DNA from: Leptolyngbyaceae cyanobacterium
GTDB taxonomy: Bacteria; Cyanobacteriota; Cyanobacteriia; Phormidesmidales; Phormidesmidaceae
Assembly (NCBI GenBank): GCA_965263355.1
Contig: CBDHHL010000032.1
Coordinates: 1,120,001-1,184,000 of the forward strand
Direction: 5' to 3'
DNA: 64,000 nucleotides
Below, piece by piece: positions 47,828 through 57,465 of the stretch (positions are counted from its first letter, which is position 1; each line of letters starts with the position of its first letter). Under the pieces are notes generated by a model. The model had not been told where the DNA came from and made no database searches. It worked only from the letters and a program-made list of their open reading frames with translations. The translations under genes were made by a program, and so were the position numbers.

Positions 47828-49072
47828 ATGGCCAAAAAACTCAAGATTTCTATAATTGCTAGCGATTTATCTAAATCTGGTGCCGGTCGTTGGCAGGGGG
47901 CTGTGCGACCTTTTTTGCTGGCTGAGACAGTTACCAGGCTAGGGCATGATGTAGAAATTCTTGGCTTTACCGATAGCGACACTGATGGGAAGTTTCCATC
48001 AAAGTTTTTTATCAAGGCGATTCCTGGGGGTATTTATCCTCAGTTTTGGGGGGCAGCAAACACCCTTTTGCAGACAATTAGTGGTGATATTGTCTATGCA
48101 TACAAGCCGAAACCTAGCAGCTATGGGTTAGCTCTTTTACATCGTCTGCGCTATCGTCGTCCCGTTATTTTAGATATTGATGATTGGGAGTTAAGTTGGC
48201 ACGGTGGCGATCACTATAACTACCGATGGACTCCGCGTAAGATGATCAGAGGATTGCTTAAAGCGGATGGTGAATTGCGTAATCCAGATCATCCGGTTTA
48301 TCTGCGCTGGACTGAAAATCTGGTGTCACAGGCTAATGCAGTTACCCTGCATAATCAGTTTTTACAAAATCGCTTTGGAGGTACCTACATTCCCAACGGA
48401 AAAGATACTGAGCTATTTAACCCTGAACGCTACAGTCCAGAGGCAAGTCGTTCCAAGTATGGCTTGTCAGATTATCGGGTACTGATGTTTCCAGGGGCAC
48501 CTCGGCCTTATAAAGGGATTGAAGATCTGCTAGCGGCCCTCGATATTTTAAATCAGCCAGATCTACGTTTGGTGATTGTGGGGGGCAGTCCCTATGATGA
48601 CTACGACCAAGTTTTGGCCAAGCGCTGGGGAAAATGGCTGGTACAGCTACCAAAGTGCCCCTATGAAATGATGCCTGAAGTGGTGGCAGCGGCCCATGTG
48701 ATTGTTGTTCCTCAGCAGGACCATGCGGCTGCTAAAGCTCAGTTTCCGCTCAAACTAACTGATGGTATGGCTATGGCCAAACCCGTTCTAGCGACGACTG
48801 TTGGTGATATTCCAGATATCTTAGGAGATGCTGGCTATTTGGTAGCGCCTGACTCACCGCAGCAATTAGCCAACATGTTGCAAACTATTTTGAATCATCC
48901 AGAGCAAGCGGCTAGTCGAGGGCGCTTAGCAAGGAAGCGTTGTATTGAGTACTACAGCGTTGATGCGATGGCGGAGATTTTAGGCCCTTTACTCCAATCC
49001 TGTGTGAATCGACAGTCTTTGAATCAGTTAGGCTATAAGCAAAAATACAGACATATGGAGAGTCGTCGTTAG
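47828..49072 (+). CDS. GT4 glycosyltransferase
   Basis: DIDDWE, IPNG, PRPYKG and FPLKLTDGMAMAKPV...VGDIP. Confidence 0.9.
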   Translation: MAKKLKISIIASDLSKSGAGRWQGAVRPFLLAETVTRLGHDVEILGFTDSDTDGKFPSKFFIKAIPGGIYPQFWGAANTLLQTISGDIVYAYKPKPSSYGLALLHRLRYRRPVILDIDDWELSWHGGDHYNYRWTPRKMIRGLLKADGELRNPDHPVYLRWTENLVSQANAVTLHNQFLQNRFGGTYIPNGKDTELFNPERYSPEASRSKYGLSDYRVLMFPGAPRPYKGIEDLLAALDILNQPDLRLVIVGGSPYDDYDQVLAKRWGKWLVQLPKCPYEMMPEVVAAAHVIVVPQQDHAAAKAQFPLKLTDGMAMAKPVLATTVGDIPDILGDAGYLVAPDSPQQLANMLQTILNHPEQAASRGRLARKRCIEYYSVDAMAEILGPLLQSCVNRQSLNQLGYKQKYRHMESRR

Positions 49073-49174
49073 CTCTTAAATATTAGAAACATCCAAAAAA
49101 TTTCCATAGGTTATTTGTGTTGTCTTCAAGTTCCATCTATTGAGCATCTCCTGCCTACTTATTCCTACTTATCT

Positions 49175-51265
49175 ATGTCTTCCACCCGTTTATTAGTACA
49201 GTCGGTTTTAAAGTATCCGATTCTATTATTTTTTACGATATTACTGGGCTTCTCGGGGGCTCTTTTTAATGGTGTAAGCACCTTGTTAATTGTGCCGATT
49301 TTGCTAGAACTACTGGGGCAAGCGGCTCAAAGCAAGGATTCGTTCCCGCCAATTTTGCAAACAATTATTGGCGTCTTTGATGGGTTACCTGATGGGGCAC
49401 GTTTGCCGATGATGGCAGCTTCGGTCGTCACTGTAATCGTGCTCAAAAGTCTGTCAGCCTATGCCAGTGCGCTAAGCGCTGGCACCTTAAATCGTAAGTT
49501 GGCGATGTCGCTGCGGCGAGACGGGTTAAGGCTGCTTTTAGATGTGGATTTGGGGTATTTTGCACGCACTAAGATTGGGGATTTGATCAATCAATTGAAT
49601 GTGGAGGTCAATCGCACCACTATTGCGATTAGAAACCTGGTCCGCATTGTGATCTTACTGATTACGATTGGGGTTTTTCTGAGTTTGCTAGTGCTCACAT
49701 CTTGGCAGATAACGCTGATTTCAATCGTTACCCTGGGCTCAGTTACCTTACTCAATCAATTTATCGTTAAGCGCTCTAAGGCCCTGGGTAAAGAGCTGTC
49801 TAAAATCTCTAAAGCATATTCGTCTCGTGTTTTTGAAGTTCTGTCGGGGATTCGTTTAGTTAAGGCAACCGCTAATGAGGAGCGGGAATATCAGTACCTG
49901 GATAAAATTATTATTGCTCGAGAAAGCGCTGAATTTAATTCCCAGCTGATTTTTGCGGGGATTGGTCCGTTTAACGAAATTATTAACATCCTGGCACTAA
50001 TCCTGATTGCTGTTCTGGGGCGAGTGGCGTTTGGGAATCAACTGGAGCGGTTTTCGTCTTCATTGCTGACATACCTAATCATTTTATTTAGGATGCTGCC
50101 CTACATTGGCCAGCTGAATAGCCAACGTAGCACCCTGGCCAATACCTCAGCTAGCGTGGAGGTGATTACGGCCCTTCTCCGTCGAGAGGATAAACCGTTT
50201 ATGTCGCGTGGTGCCCAACAGTATCGCCCCCTAGAAAAGGGAATTCATTTTCACCAGATCCGGTTCAGCTATCCAGGCCATGATCAGGAGGTGCTACAGG
50301 GTATTGATCTATTTTTACCTAAGGGGCAAACTCTGGCTCTGGTAGGGTCTTCAGGGGCCGGCAAATCAACACTGGCTGATTTGCTACCCCGATTCTATGA
50401 CCCGACGGGCGGCACCATTGAATTAGACGGGGTAGATCTTAAAACCATTGATCTCCATAGCTATCGGTCGAATTTAGGGATTGTTAGTCAGGAAACGTTT
50501 TTGTTCAATGCATCTGTGCGGGAGAACTTGCTGTACGGTCGCCCTGATGCTACTGAAGAGGAACTGATGGCAGCGGTAAAGCAAGCCAATGCCTATGAGT
50601 TTGTTGAGAATTTGCCCCAGGGGTTTGAAACTATGATTGGTGATCGAGGGGTGTTGCTGTCGGGGGGGCAGCGACAGCGACTAGCCATTGCTAGAGCTCT
50701 ATTGCAAGACCCGGATATTTTGATTTTAGACGAGGCAACCAGTGCTTTGGATACTGTGTCTGAGCGTTTGGTGCAAAATGCGATTGATGATTTGAGTCGT
50801 AATCGTACTACATTAGTAATTGCTCATCGGTTATCGACGATTCATGACGCTGATCAAATCGCTGTTTTGGACCGAGGTAAGGTTGTTGAGGTAGGAAACC
50901 ATACGGAACTGTTAGAAAAACGAGGGGCCTATGCCAAACTTTACGCAATGCAGGTGACTAAGAGTATGCGTGAGCACAGTAATGGTAGCAGCCCCCTGAT
51001 CTCAAATATTTTGCCGGTTTATCGTAAGGCAATTGGTAAGTCATCCTATGAGTTGCGATCGCAGCTTAATTCTATGATTGGCTTATTGGCCCTAATCGAG
51101 GATGAAGTGGATGATCCCTTTGAGCAGGCAGAGCTAATGACCCATGCCCGCACCATTGCCGTTGATCTGCTTAGTGTTGTGGAAAATCTGGAGTCAATTA
51201 GTAGTTTACCTCCGAGCAAGGCGCAACAGACTGAAACACCTAGGCCGGCACCGTCCACATCTTAA
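49175..51265 (+). CDS. HepA-like ABC exporter (TMD+NBD) with degenerate HisKA-like C-terminal extension
   Basis: GSSGAGKS, VSQE, LSGGQRQR, LILDEATSALD and IAHR, with the tail SYELRSQLNSMIG. Confidence 0.9.
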   Translation: MSSTRLLVQSVLKYPILLFFTILLGFSGALFNGVSTLLIVPILLELLGQAAQSKDSFPPILQTIIGVFDGLPDGARLPMMAASVVTVIVLKSLSAYASALSAGTLNRKLAMSLRRDGLRLLLDVDLGYFARTKIGDLINQLNVEVNRTTIAIRNLVRIVILLITIGVFLSLLVLTSWQITLISIVTLGSVTLLNQFIVKRSKALGKELSKISKAYSSRVFEVLSGIRLVKATANEEREYQYLDKIIIARESAEFNSQLIFAGIGPFNEIINILALILIAVLGRVAFGNQLERFSSSLLTYLIILFRMLPYIGQLNSQRSTLANTSASVEVITALLRREDKPFMSRGAQQYRPLEKGIHFHQIRFSYPGHDQEVLQGIDLFLPKGQTLALVGSSGAGKSTLADLLPRFYDPTGGTIELDGVDLKTIDLHSYRSNLGIVSQETFLFNASVRENLLYGRPDATEEELMAAVKQANAYEFVENLPQGFETMIGDRGVLLSGGQRQRLAIARALLQDPDILILDEATSALDTVSERLVQNAIDDLSRNRTTLVIAHRLSTIHDADQIAVLDRGKVVEVGNHTELLEKRGAYAKLYAMQVTKSMREHSNGSSPLISNILPVYRKAIGKSSYELRSQLNSMIGLLALIEDEVDDPFEQAELMTHARTIAVDLLSVVENLESISSLPPSKAQQTETPRPAPSTS

Positions 51266-51356
51266 TGTTGTTTTTTATTGTTGTTGATCTGACAAAACCT
51301 ATGTTAGCTCTGTATTTCTAATGTAATTCTCTATACCTTCTATCCCTTGAATTCCT

Positions 51357-52355
51357 ATGAAACGTGGCATATATACCCTGGCAAACGATGTCGTCTACGA
51401 CCAGCTTGTCGCCCTACTCAATAGTATTGAACAAAATTCAGGGCATATTCCGGTCTGTGTGATTGCCTACAATGAGCAAATTGAGAAGGTCTCTGCAGAA
51501 GTTGCTAAACGTGACAATGTGTCTCTATTAGATAAACCAGACCTGTTTAAGTTTTGGGAAGACTTTTCACTGCGGGTATGGCAAACTCATCCAACAGCGA
51601 TAGAACAGTGGAAAGCAGCTGGCGTTAAAACTCAATTTTACCGAGTGGGAGAGAACCACCGTTATGTTTCCTTTGACCCAGCAGCCCCCTTTGAGGAGTT
51701 TATATATCTAGATGCTGACACCCTGGTCATACAGCCCCTAGATTTTATGTTTGAGCGTTTGAACCGGGCAGACGTTGTGGTCTATGACTTTCAATTTAAA
51801 GACCTCAGCCATATTTTTAATGTCAATTCTGACAAGCTGACGACTGTATTTTCTGAGGAACGCCTAAAGCGAGATATTTTCTGTTCTGGCTGTTATGCGT
51901 CGAAGCGGGGATTGTTTTCTACAGCGGAGCTTGACCATGTGGTCGATACCTTGGCGCAAGGCAATGCGGATGTCCTTTACATGGGGGCGCCTAATCAGTC
52001 ACTGCTCAATTACATGGTGCAGATTAATCATCGCACTGTTCACAATGTTGCGTTAGAATGGCGGGCCGAAAATAAGGCGACAGGGAATGCGGTTTCATCC
52101 AAACATTTTGAAGAAAAAGATGGTCTTGTGTATGACCAGGGTAAATTGCTGAGCTATTTGCATTTTATTGGTCTGTCATCGAAGATATTTCGCCGAGTTT
52201 GTAATGGTGAGAATCTTGATTTTCCCTACCGTCAAACCTTTTTGCACTATCGCTATTTACATGAACCCATGCCAGAGTTTGAGGGTAAACCCAAGCAGTA
52301 CAATCAGCCCCCATCGTTACAGAAACGGCTGATGAAAAAGATTGGACTGGCCTAG
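51357..52355 (+). CDS. Npun_R2821/R2822-family GT8-like sugar transferase
   Basis: GIYTLANDVVYDQLVALLNSIE, FIYLDAD (DxD), QSLLNYM and YLHFIG. Confidence 0.8.
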   Translation: MKRGIYTLANDVVYDQLVALLNSIEQNSGHIPVCVIAYNEQIEKVSAEVAKRDNVSLLDKPDLFKFWEDFSLRVWQTHPTAIEQWKAAGVKTQFYRVGENHRYVSFDPAAPFEEFIYLDADTLVIQPLDFMFERLNRADVVVYDFQFKDLSHIFNVNSDKLTTVFSEERLKRDIFCSGCYASKRGLFSTAELDHVVDTLAQGNADVLYMGAPNQSLLNYMVQINHRTVHNVALEWRAENKATGNAVSSKHFEEKDGLVYDQGKLLSYLHFIGLSSKIFRRVCNGENLDFPYRQTFLHYRYLHEPMPEFEGKPKQYNQPPSLQKRLMKKIGLA

Positions 52356-52364
52356 GAGGTGTTG

Positions 52365-53309
52365 ATGACTAGCCAACCAACCAGGGGCGTTTATATCGTT
52401 GCCAATGAGAAGGTGGGGGAAAATGCGATCGCACTTCTTGCCAGCCTCCGTCGTCATGACCCGGATGTACCGGTGTTTATGATTCCCTTCAACGATGATT
52501 ATCAAACCCTGTTCCAGAAGCTACAGACCCTTTACCAAGTACAGCTGTTTCCAGAGCTGTCATTTTTAGACACCTTTACCCAAAGAATTAGCGAGATCTT
52601 TCCCCGCGATTTTCTGGCCCTGCCCAATAAAATGAGAAAACTGGCGGCCTGGTTTGGGCCATTGGATGAATTTCTCTACATTGATACAGATATTCTCTTT
52701 TTTGAGCCAGTTTCCCAGACCCTGGCCTATCTGGATCAGGCAGATTTTATTTGTTGTGACTATCACTTTAAGGGACGTAAGCTACGGGATGTCTTTTCAC
52801 CCGTTGTGATTGAACGGGGCATTTTCCCCGCAGATATTGTCAACTCTCTTTTTAATAGCGGTCTCTGGGGCTCTAAAAAAGGCACCATAACCTTGGACCA
52901 AATGTATCAGCGGTTAGGAGAGTGTGCCCAAAACCGTGACTATTTCGACTTTTCTGGGGGAACCACTGATCAACCGATTATGAATTATTTGGTGCTCAAC
53001 ACCATTGATAAACGCTTAAACATTACTCAGGTCAACCCAAAGGAACCCGGTAGTTGGGGCGGGATGAAACACTTTGTTGTCCGTGATCAGTCTCTCTATG
53101 ATGGAGACACTCGACTACGTTATTTGCACTGGGCGGGGACACCCATGGGGCCAGGGGGACCCTATCGAGAGGTGTGGGAGTATTATCGCTATCTGGATGA
53201 TCCCGATGCCCGTCCACCTGCAGGGACTCAAGGAGTGACAGTACAGCCCCAGCCTCTGAAGAGATTAAAACAGATTATTCGTCGTTTAATCCAACGGATA
53301 AAGAAATAA
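52365..53309 (+). CDS. Npun_R2821/R2822-family GT8-like sugar transferase
   Basis: RGVYIVAN, FLYIDTD, FNSG, TDQPIMNY and YLHWAG. Confidence 0.8.
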   Translation: MTSQPTRGVYIVANEKVGENAIALLASLRRHDPDVPVFMIPFNDDYQTLFQKLQTLYQVQLFPELSFLDTFTQRISEIFPRDFLALPNKMRKLAAWFGPLDEFLYIDTDILFFEPVSQTLAYLDQADFICCDYHFKGRKLRDVFSPVVIERGIFPADIVNSLFNSGLWGSKKGTITLDQMYQRLGECAQNRDYFDFSGGTTDQPIMNYLVLNTIDKRLNITQVNPKEPGSWGGMKHFVVRDQSLYDGDTRLRYLHWAGTPMGPGGPYREVWEYYRYLDDPDARPPAGTQGVTVQPQPLKRLKQIIRRLIQRIKK

Positions 53310-53312
53310 CCT

Positions 53313-53348
53313 CATTGCCCATTGCCGGGTGGGCATTGCCCACCCTAC
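53313..53348. repeat. STRR + REP-like palindrome
   Basis: cattgcccattgcc followed by gggtgggcattgcccaccctac. Confidence 0.65.
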
Positions 53349-53352
53349 GTTT

Positions 53353-54336
53353 ATGAATCCTGTTAGCTGTTCGTTGTCTATCATGGTGGCCCGCACCGAT
53401 ATTTCCTTCATGATGGAGACCATTCCCCATTTGGTGCGCACCAGTCACTACCCATTTGTGGAGCGGGTGTTATTTCTGGATACAGCCCCTCTAACGGGGG
53501 ATAAAGTGAGGCGACCGGGCATTGGTACCCTGGAGCAACTGCGGGCAAATTGTGCTCAGCTGATGGACATGGGGTTGGTGGATCGCCTTGTAGATATGGA
53601 TTATAACGATGCCTATCGGCAGCGGGTTTACAAAAAACACTTTGGTTCCGTGCCTAAACCCACCCATAACTGGAAGGGATATCCCATTCTGGGCACTATT
53701 TTTTCCCTCGAGGAAACAGTGGGGGACTATGTGGTGCATTTTGATAGTGATATGCTGCAGTATCAAAAAACAGGCCACAGCTGGATTACGGAGGGCATAG
53801 AGCTGATGGAAAAGCGGCCAGAGGTATTGTTTGTGCGCCCCTTGGCTGGGCCACCACGGACTGATGGCGAGCTAAATCAGCGGGTCCCCTATGAACGGGA
53901 TGATGGGTTTTATCGGTTTAAGTTTTTTGGTAGCCGTACCTATCTAATTAAAAAACAAAGTTTTGACCAGTTTTTGCCGGTTCCCGTTCTGTGGATGGAT
54001 TATAAAAACGAGTGGCTCAAACAATTGCCCCCCCGGTTGCTCACCTGGCTTAACTATTGGACTAGCCGCGGCAAACTGGACTCCTGGGAGGTGATGATTT
54101 CTCGCGAATTAGAACGAACTAACGGCTGGCGGGCAACACTCTCAAATCCTGATGCCTGGACGCTACACCCCGTCGCCAGAGGGCAAGAATACATCGCTGC
54201 CTTACCCAAAATTATTAGCGCGATTGAACAGGGTGAGTACCCTACTGGTCAGGAAGGAGATTACGACCTCAATCTAGACCTTTGGTTGCAAAAAGTAGGG
54301 GCAAACCACGGTGCGCCCTTACCGGAATATTCTTAA
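53353..54336 (+). CDS. putative GT-A fold glycosyltransferase
   Basis: YVVHFDSDM (DxD motif), within a polysaccharide cluster. Confidence 0.7.
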   Translation: MNPVSCSLSIMVARTDISFMMETIPHLVRTSHYPFVERVLFLDTAPLTGDKVRRPGIGTLEQLRANCAQLMDMGLVDRLVDMDYNDAYRQRVYKKHFGSVPKPTHNWKGYPILGTIFSLEETVGDYVVHFDSDMLQYQKTGHSWITEGIELMEKRPEVLFVRPLAGPPRTDGELNQRVPYERDDGFYRFKFFGSRTYLIKKQSFDQFLPVPVLWMDYKNEWLKQLPPRLLTWLNYWTSRGKLDSWEVMISRELERTNGWRATLSNPDAWTLHPVARGQEYIAALPKIISAIEQGEYPTGQEGDYDLNLDLWLQKVGANHGAPLPEYS

Positions 54337-54378
54337 TATTGCCCGCAGCTTCATATTGTCCAATGGACTGTGCTCACC

Positions 54379-55170
54379 CTACGCTGGTCGACTCGGATAC
54401 TGATGCAGATACTCTAAGAAGTGAGCCCAGTTAAAGCTGCGGGGATCTTGTCGAGACCCTGAGCGATCAACCGCTGCATGGGTAGTAATCCGGTTTTCGG
54501 GAATGGTGGTGCGGGCCATTAACCAGGCTAAGGATTGGTATTGAGCATCGGTATATCCGCTATGTGTGGGGGCATTATCCTGGCCGTCGGACGGGGTGAC
54601 CAGGGAAATGTGGTAAGCAAAGTTATTGACAGATGACGCAAATTCAGTGTTCGTTACCACTGTTTCGGGACCGTTAGGGCTGTCGAATACAGAGTTACCG
54701 GCCCCGTAGGCTCGTTTTTCAGGGGGCACGATATAGATAACGGTACCATCTCGATCAATGATGGTGTGATAGCTAACCTGGTCTTCGTCGCGGGGATGAT
54801 AGGTCTGAAATGTATTAATCGCGCTGGTAGCACTCCACACGGTTTCGTGCAAGACGGCCAGGTAATCGTGATTGAGGGGCTGACCGTAGGCATCGACGGT
54901 GTAGCGCTCCCCATAGTTGGAGGGGTCAGCTAACTCAACTCGCTCAGCCGGTCGATAGGTGGCGCTGTTATCAGCGGTGTATATAAATCCATGTTCGACT
55001 TTAGGCGTAGCTGCTTGATTGGCAGGCTCTACGACCTCCAACGTAGGTGCCGCTACAACTTGGGGGCCAAAAATTACCTTATGGGTAGTTGCCAACACAA
55101 TGGTGACTACCACCGCTAGGCAAAATGTACCTACATATATCCCAACTTTGAACCAACGATGCTCGCCCAT
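54379..55170 (-). CDS. N-acetylmuramoyl-L-alanine amidase (Amidase_2 / PGRP-like)
   Basis: N-terminal anchor, VLHET, VSYH, RAYGAG, YTDAQY and ITTH...DP. Confidence 0.88.
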   Translation of the reverse strand: MGEHRWFKVGIYVGTFCLAVVVTIVLATTHKVIFGPQVVAAPTLEVVEPANQAATPKVEHGFIYTADNSATYRPAERVELADPSNYGERYTVDAYGQPLNHDYLAVLHETVWSATSAINTFQTYHPRDEDQVSYHTIIDRDGTVIYIVPPEKRAYGAGNSVFDSPNGPETVVTNTEFASSVNNFAYHISLVTPSDGQDNAPTHSGYTDAQYQSLAWLMARTTIPENRITTHAAVDRSGSRQDPRSFNWAHFLEYLHQYPSRPA

Positions 55171-55366
55171 GAAAATCTTGCTAAAGACGCTGAATACCGA
55201 TGTTTACATCCATTGCATTATTACCAACTAGAGTCATAATGCAACAATTATTATTTATTTTTCTACAGTATTAGGTTTATTCCGATTATTGAAGTAGCCA
55301 AATAGGCAAATTGTCTAAATTTGATATCGGAGATTTAGGAGATTTGCTTTTTTCTAACTAACTGGC

Positions 55367-56011
55367 TTAGCGCCCCTGACGATGGGTAAATTGCCGATAG
55401 TAGCGTCGATAGGCGATTTCGAGGCGGCCACCATAATCTGCGATCGCAGCCCGCTGACGTCGGTAGAGCCCCTGAAATATATTGGCAAATAGCAGGGTTA
55501 CCATTGCGACCACCAATCCTATAGCCGTAGACACCAATGCCTCACCAATCCCCGCAGTAACCCCTGCCGCTCGGGCTGTGCCCACATCCCCAATCTGTAA
55601 GGAAGACAGTGCCCGAATTAAACCCAGAATAGTGCCCAATAGCCCCAGTAGCGGTGCCAGACCCACTACCGTTTCAAATACTGTGCCAAATCGCTTAAGC
55701 ATTGGAATTTCAGCCTGTGCAGCACTTTCCAAAGCCAACTTAAATTCATCTGGTGTTGCTTGTTCTAAGGATAGAGCAGCCAGAAAAATACGCACCATAG
55801 GTAACGACTGCTTTTGCTGAAGCTGTTTAATCGCCGCCTTAGGTTGCTGAACGTAGTCCATCAGAAAGGTACTAATAACCTGTTCCTGATGCCGAGAAAT
55901 CTGCCACCAAAACCAGCCTCGTTCCAGAATCAACGTAACTACTAGAATTGATGCAGCTAACAGTGGCCATATAACAACACCACCTGACGTAAATAGTTTC
56001 GAAATCACCAC
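55367..56011 (-). CDS. exbB: MotA/TolQ/ExbB proton channel protein
   Basis: GGVVIWPL, APLLGLLGTILG and GIGEALVSTAIGL. Confidence 0.88.
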   Translation of the reverse strand: MVISKLFTSGGVVIWPLLAASILVVTLILERGWFWWQISRHQEQVISTFLMDYVQQPKAAIKQLQQKQSLPMVRIFLAALSLEQATPDEFKLALESAAQAEIPMLKRFGTVFETVVGLAPLLGLLGTILGLIRALSSLQIGDVGTARAAGVTAGIGEALVSTAIGLVVAMVTLLFANIFQGLYRRQRAAIADYGGRLEIAYRRYYRQFTHRQGR

Positions 56012-56059
56012 TTAAGCTCCCTCTTGGTGGTTTTAGCGATTTTTTAGCGTTTTATAAAC

Positions 56060-56198
56060 GGGTACCAACTTAAAGTGGGAAGTTTTCCCAAGGATAGATG
56101 TCAGAATTCAGGAGCCAGAAGCCATATCCCTTATCCATTCTGGCTCCTGACTTCTAGATTCCTAGTTAACCAGAATTTCCCGGCTTGAGTGGATACCC
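56060..56198 (-). mobile_element. 139-bp MITE, copy 2 (8-bp TSD TTATAAAC)
   Basis: Reverse-complement homolog of 14458-14596. TTATAAAC at 56052-56059 and 56199-56206. Confidence 0.9.
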
Positions 56199-56705
56199 TT
56201 ATAAACCCTTAAAAAATAAATAAATATCCTGAGTGATACAAATCAAGTTTTATCAGCGTTTCAAGACATGTGCTTTTATATCGCATTTTTAATCCTTGTA
56301 AACTTATTTGCCAATGACTTTAGATTAGGTGTCAAAAACAATTACTTTCACTTCAGGTTTCAAGTAACCATCTACCCAAATTACTAATCAATAATTATTT
56401 TCTACTTCTTGAGAAGAAATTAAGTTACAGCGATACCGCTTTCATCTTGAAATGCCTCATGTATGATGAAGTCAGGCAAGTAATGTTAAATACATGCACG
56501 TTATGTTTGGGGTTTGATCAACGATTGAAGACATTCTAAGTTGGTGCATGGCAAGTCGTTTTTTCGTTGATTTTCTACCATGACTCTCATTTGTAAACTC
56601 ATAACAAAATACCCCTCTAACGCCCGTAATTAATAGGGGGGCATAAAGGTCGATGCTAACTGCCCGTTAGCTATGTAAGGCATAATAAATTAGACAGGAT
56701 AAGTC

Positions 56706-57341
56706 ATGTTAAATCACCGAAATGCCCTTAGTCACGATACTGGGTTTACGTCAGAGCAAGTATTAGAAAATCGCGGTAGAGTCGCGATTTTTATTGATGG
56801 TTCGAATCTGTTTTATGCGGCTCTTCAGCTTGGCATTGAAATTGATTACACCAAGTTGCTATGCCGATTAACTGCAGGCTCTAGATTATTCCGAGCTTTT
56901 TTCTACACAGGTGTAGATCGTACTAATGAAAAGCAGCAAGGCTTTTTGCTATGGATGCGTCGCAATGGATATCGTGTCATTGCCAAGGACTTGGTTCAGT
57001 TGCCTGATGGTTCTAAGAAAGCAAACCTTGATGTTGAGATTGCGGTTGATATGATGGCCCTGGTTGGATGCTATGACACCGCTATTCTTGTGAGTGGTGA
57101 TGGTGATTTAGCCTATGCTGTTGATGCTGCTAGCTATCGCGGTGTCAGGGTCGAAGTTGTGAGTCTACGCTCCATGACTAGTGATAGCCTAATCAACGTG
57201 TCTGATCGATACATTGATTTAGACACTGTCAAGGACGACATTAAAAAGACCCCCCGCAGTCACAGCAATGGTTATACCTATCGTCCATTGACAGGTCTTA
57301 GTGTGATGGAAGAAGAAGCAACTAGTGAGCAGCCAGGGTAA
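56706..57341 (+). CDS. NYN-domain (LabA/DUF88) protein
   Basis: AIFIDGSNLFY, KANLDVEIAVDM and VSGDGDL. Confidence 0.93.
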   Translation: MLNHRNALSHDTGFTSEQVLENRGRVAIFIDGSNLFYAALQLGIEIDYTKLLCRLTAGSRLFRAFFYTGVDRTNEKQQGFLLWMRRNGYRVIAKDLVQLPDGSKKANLDVEIAVDMMALVGCYDTAILVSGDGDLAYAVDAASYRGVRVEVVSLRSMTSDSLINVSDRYIDLDTVKDDIKKTPRSHSNGYTYRPLTGLSVMEEEATSEQPG

Positions 57342-57465
57342 CCATCTCTAAGTTTCAATCTTTAACAGCTTCACCCAAAAAAAATCAGTTCTGGGCGTAA
57401 GCAAAATTAATATCCGCTAGGATAATCTGGGCAACTAGGTTATTTACTAGTATGAGTAGTGCTGT

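Noticed and set aside
4612..55448. Frequent GCGATCGC octamers as a novel repeat
   Set aside because: This is the well-known cyanobacterial HIP1 sequence.
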